Shown here piece after piece: positions 1 through 12,690 of a stretch of 64,000 nt of DNA. The translations under genes were made by a program, and so were the position numbers. The notes beneath the pieces are model-generated. The model made no database searches and was not told where the DNA came from. It saw only the letters and a list, made by a program, of their open reading frames with translations. The stretch lies in contig NC_042997.1 of assembly GCF_006345805.1 (NCBI RefSeq), positions 179,056,001-179,120,000 on the forward strand, written 5' to 3'. Source of the stretch: Octopus sinensis (Eukaryota). How positions within the stretch are numbered: position 1 is the first letter of the stretch; each line of letters starts with the position of its first letter.

Positions 1-2059
1 TATAGGTAGTTTGTTTACATAAAACCAACTACGAACTAATATAGTTCTTAAATTTGACGACTAGCAGGATGCTGGTTCACTGATGTAATGGAAACACACT
101 TAGACACGTTAAGGAATGGCTGTAGGTTCGTAATCGCATAACAAGCTGTTGGACATTCGAGTCCCATGCGGATAGAAAGGCCTGTTTTTTTTTCTATTGA
201 GGGCTTATATGCCCCGTTATTAGACTAATTTCCGCTGTCATTGCACGGTGATCCCCATAATCTTTAAGCTTATATAAAAATACCATATATATATATATAA
301 GTATTCTATATAAAGTACTAGGTCGCTTTTTCGACAGCTCTAAAGATCGTTAATTCTCAATGTTAATTGGACACGACAGAAATATACCTTTAATAAGTTC
401 TGCTATGGTTTACAATGATATGATTATTCGTAGATTGGAATATATAGCTATATATATATATATACGATGTGTTTTATTGTGTGTGTGAATGTAGCACTCA
501 CGCGCGTACGTATGATTCAATATGCGTGGATTTTATATTAGCAAGGATAAAAATGGAGTGAAAGCACGTGTTGTTGTATGTCCAGATATGTGTATATGTA
601 AATATCATTTTCCCCACACGCATATATACTTATAACGTTTATGAAAATATGTGTTTATAGATGTGTGTGTGTGAGTGCATGTGTATATGTGTATGTATGT
701 CTGTATACCCACACGCACACTCATATATAATACATAAGTATACATATATATATATATATTTACATATACTCATATAAGCATACGTAAACAAACGCGTCTA
801 TACAAACATATACTCACGTACATACAAATGTAAAGATATACACAAATGCATACATGCATACATATATACATATATCGCACATAATATTGTGAAAATACAC
901 AAAAAATATATAAATAAAATATCAATGGTATATCAATTACGTATGGAAAGATTGATTAATATAGTAATCTCATAAATTTGAAAGGGTTGTAGAGGTAACT
1001 TTAATTAATGTTCTCTTATTTTCTAGCGTTCTGATAGAATATCAGATGCTATTATATTTCCCATAGGGTCAGTCATCGCTACTCCCTACAATCTTAACTG
1101 CAGTTACGAAACAGTCGACCAGTTACATTTCTAAAACTATTTGATGTCTATATCTGTTACAGAAATCAATGCTCATAAGGTCTCTTAGTTTTCCTTTTCC
1201 ATTATTACCATTCAACAATTTCATATTATCTTGGGACACGAACGTTCAGAAGCATACACGTATAAATTTTCGCCAGGCAAAACAGTGTGGTTAAGAAGTT
1301 TAGCTCGCAATCATGTGGTTTCCGATTCAGTCTCTCTGCACCACTGCATGATAGCTTACGCGCGTGTCGAGTTGGTTTTTTTGTAGGTAATAGATGACAA
1401 GAATACTGAATTGCATTAGTTGATGTTGTTTAACCACCATACCAGGCTTACCATCAAAAGCATTCTAGTAGTGATTATCACGTTTTATTCCTCGTTCTAG
1501 TGCACACGTTATCCAATAAATTAGTATTTTCTAAGATGATATTGCGTGATCTGAAAAATACTTGGTTGCTAGTTCTAGCAAGACAAGAGACCCACGTTAA
1601 GAACTTCTCGTTATTTTTCATCATTATATATTTTCAGCACTCACCGTCCATTTCGCTTAAATGTCTCCAATAAAACCTAACCGAAATAACAGTAATAAAA
1701 CAGATGTGTAGGATACGCAAGCAAATCTAGGTGGAAATAGGAACCAAATTTCACTCAAATTTCACTCAAATTATATCTCAGTTTCCTTGCGATATGAAAG
1801 ATTCATTTGACAGTAATATTTGTTGTAACGAGTATAAATAAATATAAATAAAAAGGAGCATTTTAAAGGATTTATGCTCACAAAGAGATGATAAAATGTT
1901 GTCGGCCGTTATGAAGCGAGCTTATAAAATATTTTATAACATTAAAAATATAAAAAAGCATTCATAGCATTTACTGTGCATCCATGTATGCATCGCTCTC
2001 AGAAATGAAATGCTTACATGGGGAATGGTATTATTATAAATGTATCAGAATATAGTAAT

Positions 2060-3180
2060 CCTTATTTGTTGTCATAGTTTTCGTTATTAGAGTTAAAATT
2101 CCAAATGAATTTATTCAAACTTGTTCAGGGGCTTCTAATTTGTAGGCAAAAAATTTCAAGATGTTCTTTGCAAGTTAATTTGTATGAGACTCAAAGTTAA
2201 TCCAGACTATGATTTAGAAAGTATTACTTTCTATCGTACCCCATTGAAGAATATTGTTTCTTTAGAGGGTCTTTATGTCAATGATGATAACATACACACG
2301 GGTATTGTTAGTCAGTTGGTTAAATATCTAACTAATCGATCGGTTTGTTTTACAATCAATCGGTTGTTCGTACGTCAAAGTGCTTTTGTCGCTGTTTACG
2401 ATCTTATGAATAGCATGCCCTCTCTCTTCGCGGCCTGCCGAGGCATTAATTCGGTAAAGTGCAGTTGCAAATTTGCGATCGTTGTATAATAATGATCTAA
2501 ACTTTAGGCTCAAGGCCAGTAATTTCGAAGAAGTAAGTCGATTACATTGACTCCATTGTTCAAATGGTACCTATTTTATCGACCCTAAAAAATAAAATGG
2601 AAAAACCGACTTCGGCGGAATTTGAACTCAGAACGTAAAGACGGGTGAAATGCCGCTAAGCATTTCGTTCGGCGTGCAAGCGTTTCTGCCAAGCAATAAG
2701 TTTGATGCCGTTCATGTCAGATAAACAATGTGAAATATTAGTTATAGTAGAACAAGAAGCTTCAAGATAACATTTGATAGTAGTTGTAATAGTCAATGGT
2801 TGTGTGAATATTTTGGAAATAAAAGTATATTTTTGCCACAGGTGTAGAAATTTGGTTCAAGGAAATATTTCTTTTTCTATTCCTGTGGTGTCGCGTGATA
2901 TTGAATTTTACTTATCGGATGCATTCCAAATATCCATCATACACAAAAGCATCGTTGTAGATCGTAACAGAATCTGTGAAGAATAATCTTTAGAATAGGA
3001 ACTGATAAGTTAAAGAGATTATTTAAGATGTTGTTTGGGTTGCTTCCAAATCTATGTATGTAATAAAGGTATCCGATGTCTTTCCGTTTAGGAAGATTAA
3101 GAATTGCTGAAAAAGTCGAGATTCTAACGGTTACATTCCGCTGTTATTTTTCAAACGAATATCACAATATGCTTAGAAAT
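2060..3180 (-). mobile_element. Heavily decayed Penelope-like retroelement (post-RT and GIY-YIG region), interrupted by a SINE at about 2500-2692
   Basis: Manual minus-strand translation across stops and frameshifts gives HRFGSNPNNILNNL, YNDAF, RNRKRNI..TPVAKIYF and CNC..N*C. These resemble, in order, the SNHPP..L.N, YYNDAL, RNRKR..W.NPP and CNC motifs of Penelope-like ORFs. Boundaries approximate. Confidence 0.45.
2500..2692 (-). mobile_element. tRNA-derived SINE family 1 (tail variant b)
   Basis: Contains cggcggaatttgaactcagaacgtaaagacgg (reverse complement of the B-box GAGTTCAAATTCC) and the head shared with more than 10 other copies in the window. Confidence 0.85.
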
Positions 3181-3270
3181 AACCAATGATAATATTTTTT
3201 TGAAACGCCCCGCTTTCATTACATACATGAACACACACACACACACGCGCGCACACACGCACACACACAC

Positions 3271-4150
3271 TGGATGCTGCTAATATTCTTGCGATCTTTC
3301 TGGCCCAGTCTGTGTTCCCAGTTTCCAAAAAGGGAAACAAGTCCCTTGCAGTGAACTACCGACCGATCTTGCTCAATTCTGATATCACCAAGGTATTTGA
3401 GAGGGTGGTTTGATAACGGATAACACACTTTCTTGAACGCAACAGACCAACCTAGGTTCGGTAATGGAAGGAACTGCCTAACGCAGCTCCTTCATCACCT
3501 TGATGATATTTTGAAATATTTGGGAGAGGGCTCGGATACTGATGTCATCTAGCTTGATTTCAGAAAGCTCTTTGACAAGGTCGATCACAAGATCCCCTTG
3601 GAAAAACTATCCAGCATTGGTGTCTCTGGAAATGTACTACAATAGATCAAGTCTTTCCTGACAGGCAGACACAACACGTTGTAGTCGAAAGAGTAAAATA
3701 GAGCTCAGCCAAAGTCAGTAGTGGTGTTCCACAAGGCACTGTGTTCTGCCCACTTCTTTTCATCATCTACATCAATGACAGGCAGGGTGACAAAAGAAAC
3801 TTTGCATACGATTCCAAGATCCAGAAGGTCATCAATGAAGTTGGTGACCGGGCATACCTTCAGTATCATCTACTGGCTGTCATCCAATAGCGGAAAAGAA
3901 TAATATGCTACTGAACAAGGACAAACTTGAGTTAATCCACTTCATAAAAAAGGATATCCTGAAACTCCCATACTCCCTTCGTTCACGGGAAATTCATGGC
4001 ATCTAAAAATATCAGAGACTTGGGAGTAATTGTGGAAAACAGCAACAGCTGGGCCGCTCAGATAAACAGTAAAGTTGACATGGCCCGAAGAATGTGCTCC
4101 TGGATTCGCAAAAGTTTCCAGTCCAGAGATGTTCACACTATAATCCTTCA
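3271..4150 (+). mobile_element. Decayed CR1-type LINE reverse-transcriptase fragment
   Basis: Frameshifted translation gives FKKGNKSLAVNYRPI, GRNCLTQLLHHLDDILKYLGEG, LDFRKLFDKVDHK, GVPQG and IRDLGVIV. It is collinear with the intact ORF at 46152-47375. Confidence 0.9.
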
Positions 4151-4228
4151 ATTTTCTACTTACTCAGCATTACCTGACACCTTTGGGCCTTCTTGACAAA
4201 ATTAACTTTATTATATATATAATAAAGG

Positions 4229-4340
<112 letters not shown>

Positions 4341-4814
4341 GTAACAAATCATACTTTCTTAAGCAGGAGGGAGAGGGAAACACAAGATAAAGCTGAAGAG
4401 AAGCAAATGTGATTTGTTTGCAAAAATGTTTAATGTAGGAGGAAAATGAATATAGAATCCGTTAATCGTATCAAAATTAAGATTGAATGCATTTTTTCTG
4501 GACATCAATCTATGCATCGGTCTACAGAATACCATGAGTGTGTGAGTGTTTCTACATGCTTGTCTCTGTATTCCTGTATTTCTGTATTGTTTTGTTCGTT
4601 CGTGTGCGATAGCCGAATTAGTTTACGACTTACTGTGTTTAGAAAAAAATTGTGATAGACCATAAGAAGGATTAATATATGTGCGCGTGTACGTATATCG
4701 TATTATTTATGTGTGAATATATGCACAGAATTAATCGTGTGTGTGTACATACGCATGGTATAATTTATATGTGTATATACATAAGATATAATTTATGTGT
4801 CTATATACTGTTGA

Positions 4815-4950
4815 TTCTTGTTTCAGTCATCGGACTGCGGCCATGCTGAGGCGCTGTCTTCAATGTTAAGTCGAATAAATCTTATCTCAGTACTTAGTTT
4901 TTAAGCCTGGTCATTCTCTACAACAATCTTTACTGAACCGCTAGTATACG
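4815..4950 (-). mobile_element. Degenerate 3' fragment of SINE family 2
   Basis: tcttgtttcagtcat..gactgcggccatgctg matches the reverse complement of the 3' end of the 18516-18927 copy. Confidence 0.7.
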
Positions 4951-5169
4951 GTGGCCTGAAGTTATAATGGAAGACGCTCACCTAGGGTGACGCACTGTGG
5001 GAACCAAAACCATATGTTTGAAAAGTGAGCTCCTTATCCACATAGCCAAACCTGCATCTAAGAAAACATCTGAATAGTTCTTCAGTTATATCCCTATATA
5101 TATAAAAGGCAGGATGTGTCAGTGTGTGTTCTACGTTAATGTAATTTATGCACGTCCACAAATTAGCAC

Positions 5170-5630
5170 GCATGTTGATCCAATTTTAGGAGGACATTCG
5201 TCATGGTCCTAGCTGTATTTTCGTCGACTTATTTTTACCAGAGGCACCAGTGAATGGCAGCAAAAATAATTTTTCAACCAAAACTTTTAACAATTTTCAA
5301 GTCGGAGAAATCACCATTGTTTGCGAACAGGAGTTAAGTCCCCTTCGCTACTTACCGTCTGTTCGAAGGATTATTTACCTAAATTCAGTGGATTACATCC
5401 ACCGGTTTTTCGAACAGACGGTCAGTAGCGACGCCTGCTGGGTTCGGCTAATCTGCATTGATAAAGGACAAATGCCCTGAAACATGTCTGCAGATGCCTG
5501 AACATCAAGGTGAAGTGGCTGACCTCCCCTGTTCGAAGGTTATAATGGACACAGATTCGTGTGTCACATAGCTAGCTAGAGGCGATGGTCTCTTGGAGCT
5601 AATCAACGGCAGCTCTCGTCCTATATATTT
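5170..5630 (+). mobile_element. Highly decayed RTE-clade LINE C-terminal fragment
   Basis: CWVRLICIDKGQMP*NM..TSR*SG*PPL resembles the RTE C-terminal RW.GH..RM..GRMPK....R..GRP.LRW motif. Confidence 0.45.
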
Positions 5631-6921
5631 GGACTGCCATATTAGCTTGGCGATAACTATTAATAATTATCTCTACATTATGCATAGGTTAGTGAGTTTT
5701 AAGTGAAGATGGTTAATCAATTATATCGATCGTAGTACTGGTCTGGCCTCTTATTTTCTCGACTCCGAAAGCATGAAAAACAGATTCGACACCGGTAGGG
5801 TTTGAACTCGAAACGTATAGCAACGTAAGAAAATACCACAAATTCTGGAAAACCTTCGCAACGACGAAAATAATTTCAAGTAAATGAAGACAACTAACTT
5901 GAAGTATCAAACGAGTTGTAAATGTGTCAATTAGTATTAGGTTTCCCGCCCGTTTTTAATACTAATGTCTACGCACTTGAGTTATGACGGGTGAGGCGTA
6001 GATTGTTCGTTTGAAGATCTTTATCATCATGAAACAGCCCGTAACTAGGTATATGATACTATGCTATTGAGATGTATCTTACATAAGAACATATGATACC
6101 GAGGAGTGGTCGTTAAATGAGTTTAGATCGTTCTTTCCTCGACTCTTTTGTATCCCATCATGCAATTGCAAACACTCACATCCAGAAACAGAAACACATC
6201 TACATGTACATCATCTTCAGAGGCTACACGGAACACCTGCTCCCCACTCTCTCACTGTCTGCGCGTACATATATATATGTGTATGCGCGTGTGTCTGTGT
6301 GTTTGTGTGTGCCCGCACGCAGATGTAATCTAGATAGGTTTCATAATCACAGAGTTTCTACGCTAATACTGCTTATCTATGCACTTGTTGCTCTTTCTCT
6401 GACAATAGCTTAATTGCGTCAACCTTCAAATGAATATATCAAGATTGTTTACGTCGTTAATCGGTGATCCAACTTGGTCTTATCCATAATGAGTTAAAGT
6501 AAAATGAATAACAAATATATAATCACGAAACTTAAAGTTAGTATATTATTTTACAAGTATGAGTCCCTTTTCCCAAACTACGAGGTTGGTAGCAGACGGC
6601 ATATGTAGAGCGCCCAACGAACAAATCAAATGGATAGGTTAATAAGTAAAGTGTGTGAAATAATCCATGGTTGTGTGTCAAATTTATAGCTGAAGAGATA
6701 AAATATGTTGAAAAAATAGTAATATTTACGCATTGGTGGTTAGACACAGTTCAAACGCGGATGGCTGAAGTGGGAAGGGAAATCAACAAGATTTAGACAC
6801 GGAAATTAACGCGACGGAAAATAACTAGTGGCCTCCACGTAATCGATTACATGTGTGACTTTAGCATCTCAGTGCGACTGATATTTCTGCAAATGAAACC
6901 AATAACATAATAATAATAATA

Positions 6922-6970
<49 letters not shown>

Positions 6971-6972
<2 letters not shown>

Positions 6973-7457
6973 TACATTATTTTGTCTTGGTATAAAAGAT
7001 GGGCTACAGCAAATATTCTGCTCAGAACCACAGATTTCCTTGTCAGTTGTTTGATCTTAACAAGTTGAGCATGTCCCTTAGTGGCTGACGATATGTGCTT
7101 CTCTCATCAAGAGCAGAAGTAGTGGGGGATCATCATAGCCATGTATTGAGAGGGATGTTTGGGGTTTGGATAATTCACTTCTGGAAGTATGGGTGTTTCA
7201 TTCAACATCCTTAAACAACCCTTATCCAGGATCCTTTTGAGCGGGATGGGTTACTCGACCAGAAGAAAATTCTAACTGGGCCCCACCCGCAAGGTCATGT
7301 GCTGTTTATCTTGATATGAGATCATCATGTCGCGCACATATGGTTGTGATGCATGTGCCTAGTGTTCCCTTATCGGACGGGTAGTCATGATAGGTATACT
7401 GAGCTTTGCATATTTTACCATAGTGTCACTTGGATGGCATGCACTGCTCGCTCACTC
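6971..7457 (+). mobile_element. Unclassified ~470-bp interspersed element (family 3) embedded between trinucleotide microsatellites
   Basis: Clearly homologous copies at 10271-10441 (opposite strand, partial) and 60800-61240. Flanked by (ATG)n on the left and (AAT)n on the right. Biological orientation unknown. Confidence 0.85.
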
Positions 7458-7613
7458 AATAATAATAATAATAATAATAGTAATAATCATAATAATGATA
7501 ATAATAATAGTATTAATCATAATGATGATGATAATAACAGTAATAATAATAATAATAATAATATAATAATAATAATAATAATAACAATAATAATAATAAT
7601 AATAATAATAATA
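7458..7613. repeat. Imperfect (AAT)n microsatellite
   Basis: Seen directly in the sequence. Confidence 0.95.
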
Positions 7614-7806
7614 ATCCTTTCTACTATAGGCACAAGGCCTGAAATTTATGGGGTGGGGGCCATTCGATTATATCGATTCCATTAAGCAGCTGGAACTTAA
7701 TTTATCGACACCGAGAGTATGAAAGGCCAAGTCGACCTCGGCGGAATTTGAACTCAGAACGTTACGACGGACGAAATACTGCTAAGCATTTCGCCCCTAG
7801 CTCGCC
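7614..7806 (-). mobile_element. SINE family 1b with (ATT)n tail
   Basis: On the minus strand the tail ggccttgtgcctatagtagaaagg runs into (ATT)n; the B-box is present. Confidence 0.9.
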
Positions 7807-9094
7807 TTGTACGTGTGTGTCAGTGTAGATATGTGTACTTTGGGTAAAGAGAAAATAAAGAGAATAAATGCAAGTAGCCAGAGAACGCTCTGCATTTTTA
7901 CATGTATTTCAATGTCCTTCTTCTTGAATTCACATCTAGGAAGAGCCTACTAAAATATTTAGTGTTGTTGCCGTTATTGCTATTAATTCTGTGTTTGTTG
8001 TTGTTGCTTAATCCATGTTACCTCTTGCCGCGAAGAGCTTTGATTAGTGTCATTTAATACAATGGTACCCCATTCTTTGTTAATAACTAGATCCACATTA
8101 TATATAGCTAAGTCTACTCTACCCAATGCAACTCTACTTTAAAATAGGTTATGATTTGTTAGAATTTGGGTGTTATTTCTAGTAGTTTTAACAATTGTTT
8201 AATGATCCCTGTGTTGGCAAGTTGAGTGGTTGGCTGGTTGTTATAAATAAAATAATCAAACCTTTTCAGTATAAGAACTTTCACATCACCGTTTCTATCT
8301 CCAGTATATAAATCAGTCCTTATTGCTATTTCAAAATGCGAAACGGAATAAAATTGACTATGAATAAATGACAAAAAGAAAAAATATATATATAATAAAA
8401 TAAAATCGAAGTGAAAAAGATTCTTCTGTTATTGACATCTAGTTGAAGGGAGGAATAACTGAATAAAAATATCAAATAAATAATACATACATACATGTAT
8501 ATACATACATGTTGAAGCTTTGGCTGTTATTTCTAGTGGGTGAATGGCCTATTATGGCCGTTCCTTGATTGTTGATATATATATATATATATATATATAG
8601 GAAAAAGTGCTCAACATGACCATTGGCAGATAAAAATTCATTATTAATGGGTTAAAGCTATCGATGGTTTAATGTTAACAGTTATCAAGCCTTCCACATG
8701 GAACATCTGTGTTCATCTCCATCTTGGATTAAAACAGTTATTTTAATGCAGTATTAATAATTCGCTTAGGTAATGCGATGCTAATAATCTAGTGTCCCTT
8801 AGACATTGTAATGTCAGTAACGTGGTGTTATATATTTATGCTTATGTACGAAGCATCAGTCGAGTAGACGGCGGTAAAAAATTTCAGAGTCAATATCCAT
8901 TAACAAGGTTGTAAAAACAATGGAAATTTTTGGAGTACACAATATAATAAAAAATAAATTAGTGAAAATTGAACCGATGAGTATGTTAGATATCATGGTA
9001 GTATGATTCTCCTGAGACACAACACAATTTGTTTCAAGACACGAATTCACATAAGGAATCTTGCAAACCAGATACATAATCGAAGTATATATAT

Positions 9095-9315
9095 GTTTGT
9101 TTTTGTCCCCCCAACCACCACTTGACAACAAGTGTTGTTTTGTTTACGTCCCAGTAACATTGTGGTTCGGCAAAAGGGATGATAGGATAAGTAGTACTAG
9201 GCTTCAATAATAATAATAAAAAAGTACTACATTCGATTTGTTCGACCTAACTCTTCACGTCGGTATTATAATATGGCCATATGGCCACAGTCCAATGAGT
9301 GAAACTAGTAAATGT
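9095..9315 (+). mobile_element. Degenerate 3' half of SINE family 2
   Basis: tgtccccc..cttgacaac..gtttacgtccc.gtaac..ggttcggcaaaag matches the family 2 body. Confidence 0.75.
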
Positions 9316-9746
9316 AAAACAATGTAAACCAGTTTGTTTCCGATCCACTTCGTTACAGAGCGACGGAACTATAAGTATGGTTGCCTCAATCAATTCCATT
9401 AGGTTTTGAGTTCTAAAACATTTATTGCCACTGTTAAATAATTTGTCTCAAAATACCTAATCCTTTTTGTCTGCCGTTGCTCAAAATTAATTGTTTTAAT
9501 TCTGACAATTATTTATCAATAACACATATATACTATTTTATTACTATTTTTGAGCGAATATTTTCGGTCAATTTTCCAGAGAGGACATGTGATCGATTTT
9601 ATCGATCAAGTAGTGATATTGATTTCTACTTGACTAGACAAATCTAGACAGCATCTAAAACGAGGTCATTCCGCTGATTCGTACAGATCACTTGCCAATA
9701 TCTTAAAACCAGTGGCTCACCAGACCAATTTCACAATTCTCAATTG

Positions 9747-9809
<63 letters not shown>

Positions 9810-10030
9810 CTCCAAAACCACCAGCAAAATCATCACTAAGGGACTAAAACACAAAAACCCCGTCTGCCAGTGATTTGACAAAGACTTGAGAGCAATAAAA
9901 AGGTCCTTGTAAATGTCCCATTTTTACCTAATTTTGTATTTTAATGCTCCGTTTTCGAGCCCTTGTGATTAATAAAGAAAAATTATTATTATTATTATCA
10001 TTATTATTAGTAGTAGTAGTAGTAGTAGTA

Positions 10031-10221
10031 AGGCGGCGAGCCAGAAGAATCGACAGTAGCATTTCGTCCGTCTTTACGTTCTCAGTTCAAATTTCACCGT
10101 GGTCGACTTTATCTTTTATCCTTTCGGATTCGATACAATAAGAAGCAGTTGAAATTACTTGGTTCGTTGTAAGCGACTATCCCCTCGCCCCAAATTTCAG
10201 ACCTGTGCCTATAGTAGAAAA

Positions 10222-10222
<1 letters not shown>
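10031..10222 (+). mobile_element. SINE family 1b (internally deleted) with (ATT)n tail
   Basis: aggcggcgag head, gttctcagttcaaatt B-box and tgtgcctatagtagaaa tail. Confidence 0.85.
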
Positions 10223-10270
<48 letters not shown>

Positions 10271-10441
10271 GGGTGAGAGAGCAGCGCATGCCATCAAAGT
10301 GACACTGGGGTCAAATATACGAAGCCCAGTATACCCATCATGACTACCCGTCTTATAACGTTACACCAGGCACATGCATCACAACCATATGTGCGGGACA
10401 TGGTGATCTCATATCAAGATAAACGGCGCATGACCTTGCAG
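10271..10441 (-). mobile_element. Partial copy of family 3 element
   Basis: Reverse complement of 7285-7457; starts directly after (ATT)n. Confidence 0.85.
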
Positions 10442-10611
10442 ATTTTCAGTACCTCGAACGTTTAAATTCAAATTCTTGCGTGGTCGACTTTACCTTTCAT
10501 TTTTCCGAAGTCGATGAAATAAGCACCACCTGAACAATGAGAGCGATGTAATTGGTTTACCCCCTGCCCTAGAATTGCTGGTCTTCTCATACAATTTGAT
10601 ACCATTGCTTA

Positions 10612-10812
10612 TCAAGCTGGCGTGCTGTCAGAAGTGTTAGCAGCGCGGACAAAATGATTTTGTCCGCCTTTACAATCAGACTTCAAATTCCGCCGAGTTC
10701 GACATTACCTTTCATTTATAGGGACTGATAAAGTGCCAATTAAGCACAGGGATGATTGTAACCAGCTTATCTCCTCCACTGGAATTTGCTGGCCTTGTGC
10801 TAAGATTTAAAA

Positions 10813-10815
<3 letters not shown>
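10612..10815 (+). mobile_element. Degenerate SINE family 1b
   Basis: ttcaaattccgccgagttcgac and gctggccttgtgct tail followed by (ATT)n. Confidence 0.75.
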
Positions 10816-10859
<44 letters not shown>

Positions 10860-11019
10860 GCCACCGTATTACTATTGCTCTTGTTGTCGTTGTCGAACAA
10901 TGGAAGATTGAAGATAAAATAAATTATCACTGCAACTCAAAACGAACAGGTTTCTGGAGATACGATAGTATTATATTTTCTTATAATAAGTAAAAAATAT
11001 TTCCCTGTTTCCAGCACAC

Positions 11020-11050
<31 letters not shown>

Positions 11051-11639
11051 CGATACAGGAAAGAGTAACAGCAGATTGAATATAGCCTTACGTTCATCAC
11101 TCTATCTTCTCTTATCTTCAACAGCGATGCGTGTTGAGGTCATTGACAGTATGTATGAAGGCAGTTAAGTACTATACATTTTTCAGTCATCACCACCAAC
11201 ACTTACTATACAAAATATCAGCACCGGACGTATCTATGCATTTATTCATGTATTGTATTTTACAGATATTTTTCGAGTAAGTGAAATGAAGACATAAAAC
11301 AATACTCTATTCAAAGAAGCCGTACAAGAAGATAATAGTGTGAAGTCAGTTATCGGCTGCACAACGTTGAATTGGTTGTAAAACGGAATTTATGAAAAAA
11401 TTACTTTCACTTTTATATAGTATTCATAAAACAATTATATAAATATCAGTTCCACTAACTCCTTTTGTCTGTCTGTCTGCCTGCCTCTCCATCGATATGT
11501 CACTCACTATCATTTGTCTGTGTATGCGTTTGTTAATGTATTTATGTGTGCGTGTGTGTCGAGGTGTGTGTGCTACAGAAAACAAGTGAAATAGAAGCGT
11601 GTTGATTGAACCGTATGTGATATAATAGTTTTCTGAGCG

Positions 11640-11677
<38 letters not shown>

Positions 11678-12046
11678 GTGAGTGTGTGAGAGAGAATATG
11701 TAGGTATGAATGAACGTGGCGAAATGGGTAGGTTGTTTGGCTCTTGATCATAAATTCATAATTTCATTTCATCTGTAACGTGTACCAGCTGGATGCAATT
11801 AGCAAGCTGCATGTCGACTCAGAATGTCTATAAGGCTTTCAACATATACACACTTTCAGTTATAATATATACATACATACATGCATATATATATATATAT
11901 ATATATTGCGGAGATGTACTTGCATAGCGAGTGACTTGATCTGAGATTGTGTGCTGGAACGAAAACAATTGCAGCGTGGAAGGTGTTAATAAGCCATTTA
12001 AGAAACACAAAAAAACCGTTTGATTCACTTCAACATTTAAATTTAA

Positions 12047-12081
12047 TTTGTCAAAATATTTTCATCGTGTTCACTGACAAA
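12047..12081 (-). ncRNA. Candidate minimal type-I hammerhead ribozyme relic with a variant core
   Basis: Minus strand reads TTTGTCA-GTGAACA-CGAT-GAAA-ATATT-T-TGACAAA: a 7-bp stem I, a GUGAACA core (G3/C8), GAAA and a palindromic stem III. Stem II is collapsed to 4 nt. Confidence 0.4.
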
Positions 12082-12399
12082 ACTATACGTATATATCTAT
12101 GAGCAAAAGCACCCCTCCTCCAAAGGACGGTGCTGAGTTGTCAAACATTTAAACCAAATTTTCTCGAAACAATCTTGCCCGACCGTCCCATAGGCCTCCC
12201 CTTTGAGAAACACTGATTTAACCTCAATTTGAGAAACCAGCAAATGAAGAAATAAAGATTGACTTTTTTTCTATTCCAAAGAAAAACGATTTTATTCACA
12301 CAAATATGCAACCGAAGAGTTTAAAGTTCTAGTAAGTACATCACAACAGCTGATGTACGTGCGCGTACAAATGCACGTTCCCACGGCTTTATTGATCGC

Positions 12400-12577
12400 A
12401 TTCTCACCCGGAATCGATTTTTGCAATTTTTTTCAAAACTACTTATACACGCCCTGATACCGTCGGTATCTACATATCTAATTTGAGCGCAATCGGATGG
12501 AGGAAGTCCGAGATCCTAGAAGACAGACACACACAGACAGACAGAATGGACGGATTTTATATAATAGAAGATATATA
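12400..12577 (+). mobile_element. 3' part of a Helentron/HINE (DINE-1-like) non-autonomous element
   Basis: aatcggatg..ccgagatc..(acag)n..ttttatataatagaagat, the terminal layout typical of DINE-1/HINE elements. Confidence 0.55.
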
Positions 12578-12603
12578 TATATATATATATAATATATATA
12601 TAG

Positions 12604-12675
<72 letters not shown>

Positions 12676-12690
12676 GGATAGATAGATATT
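12578..12690. repeat. (TA)n plus (GATA)n microsatellite
   Basis: Seen directly in the sequence. Confidence 0.97.
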
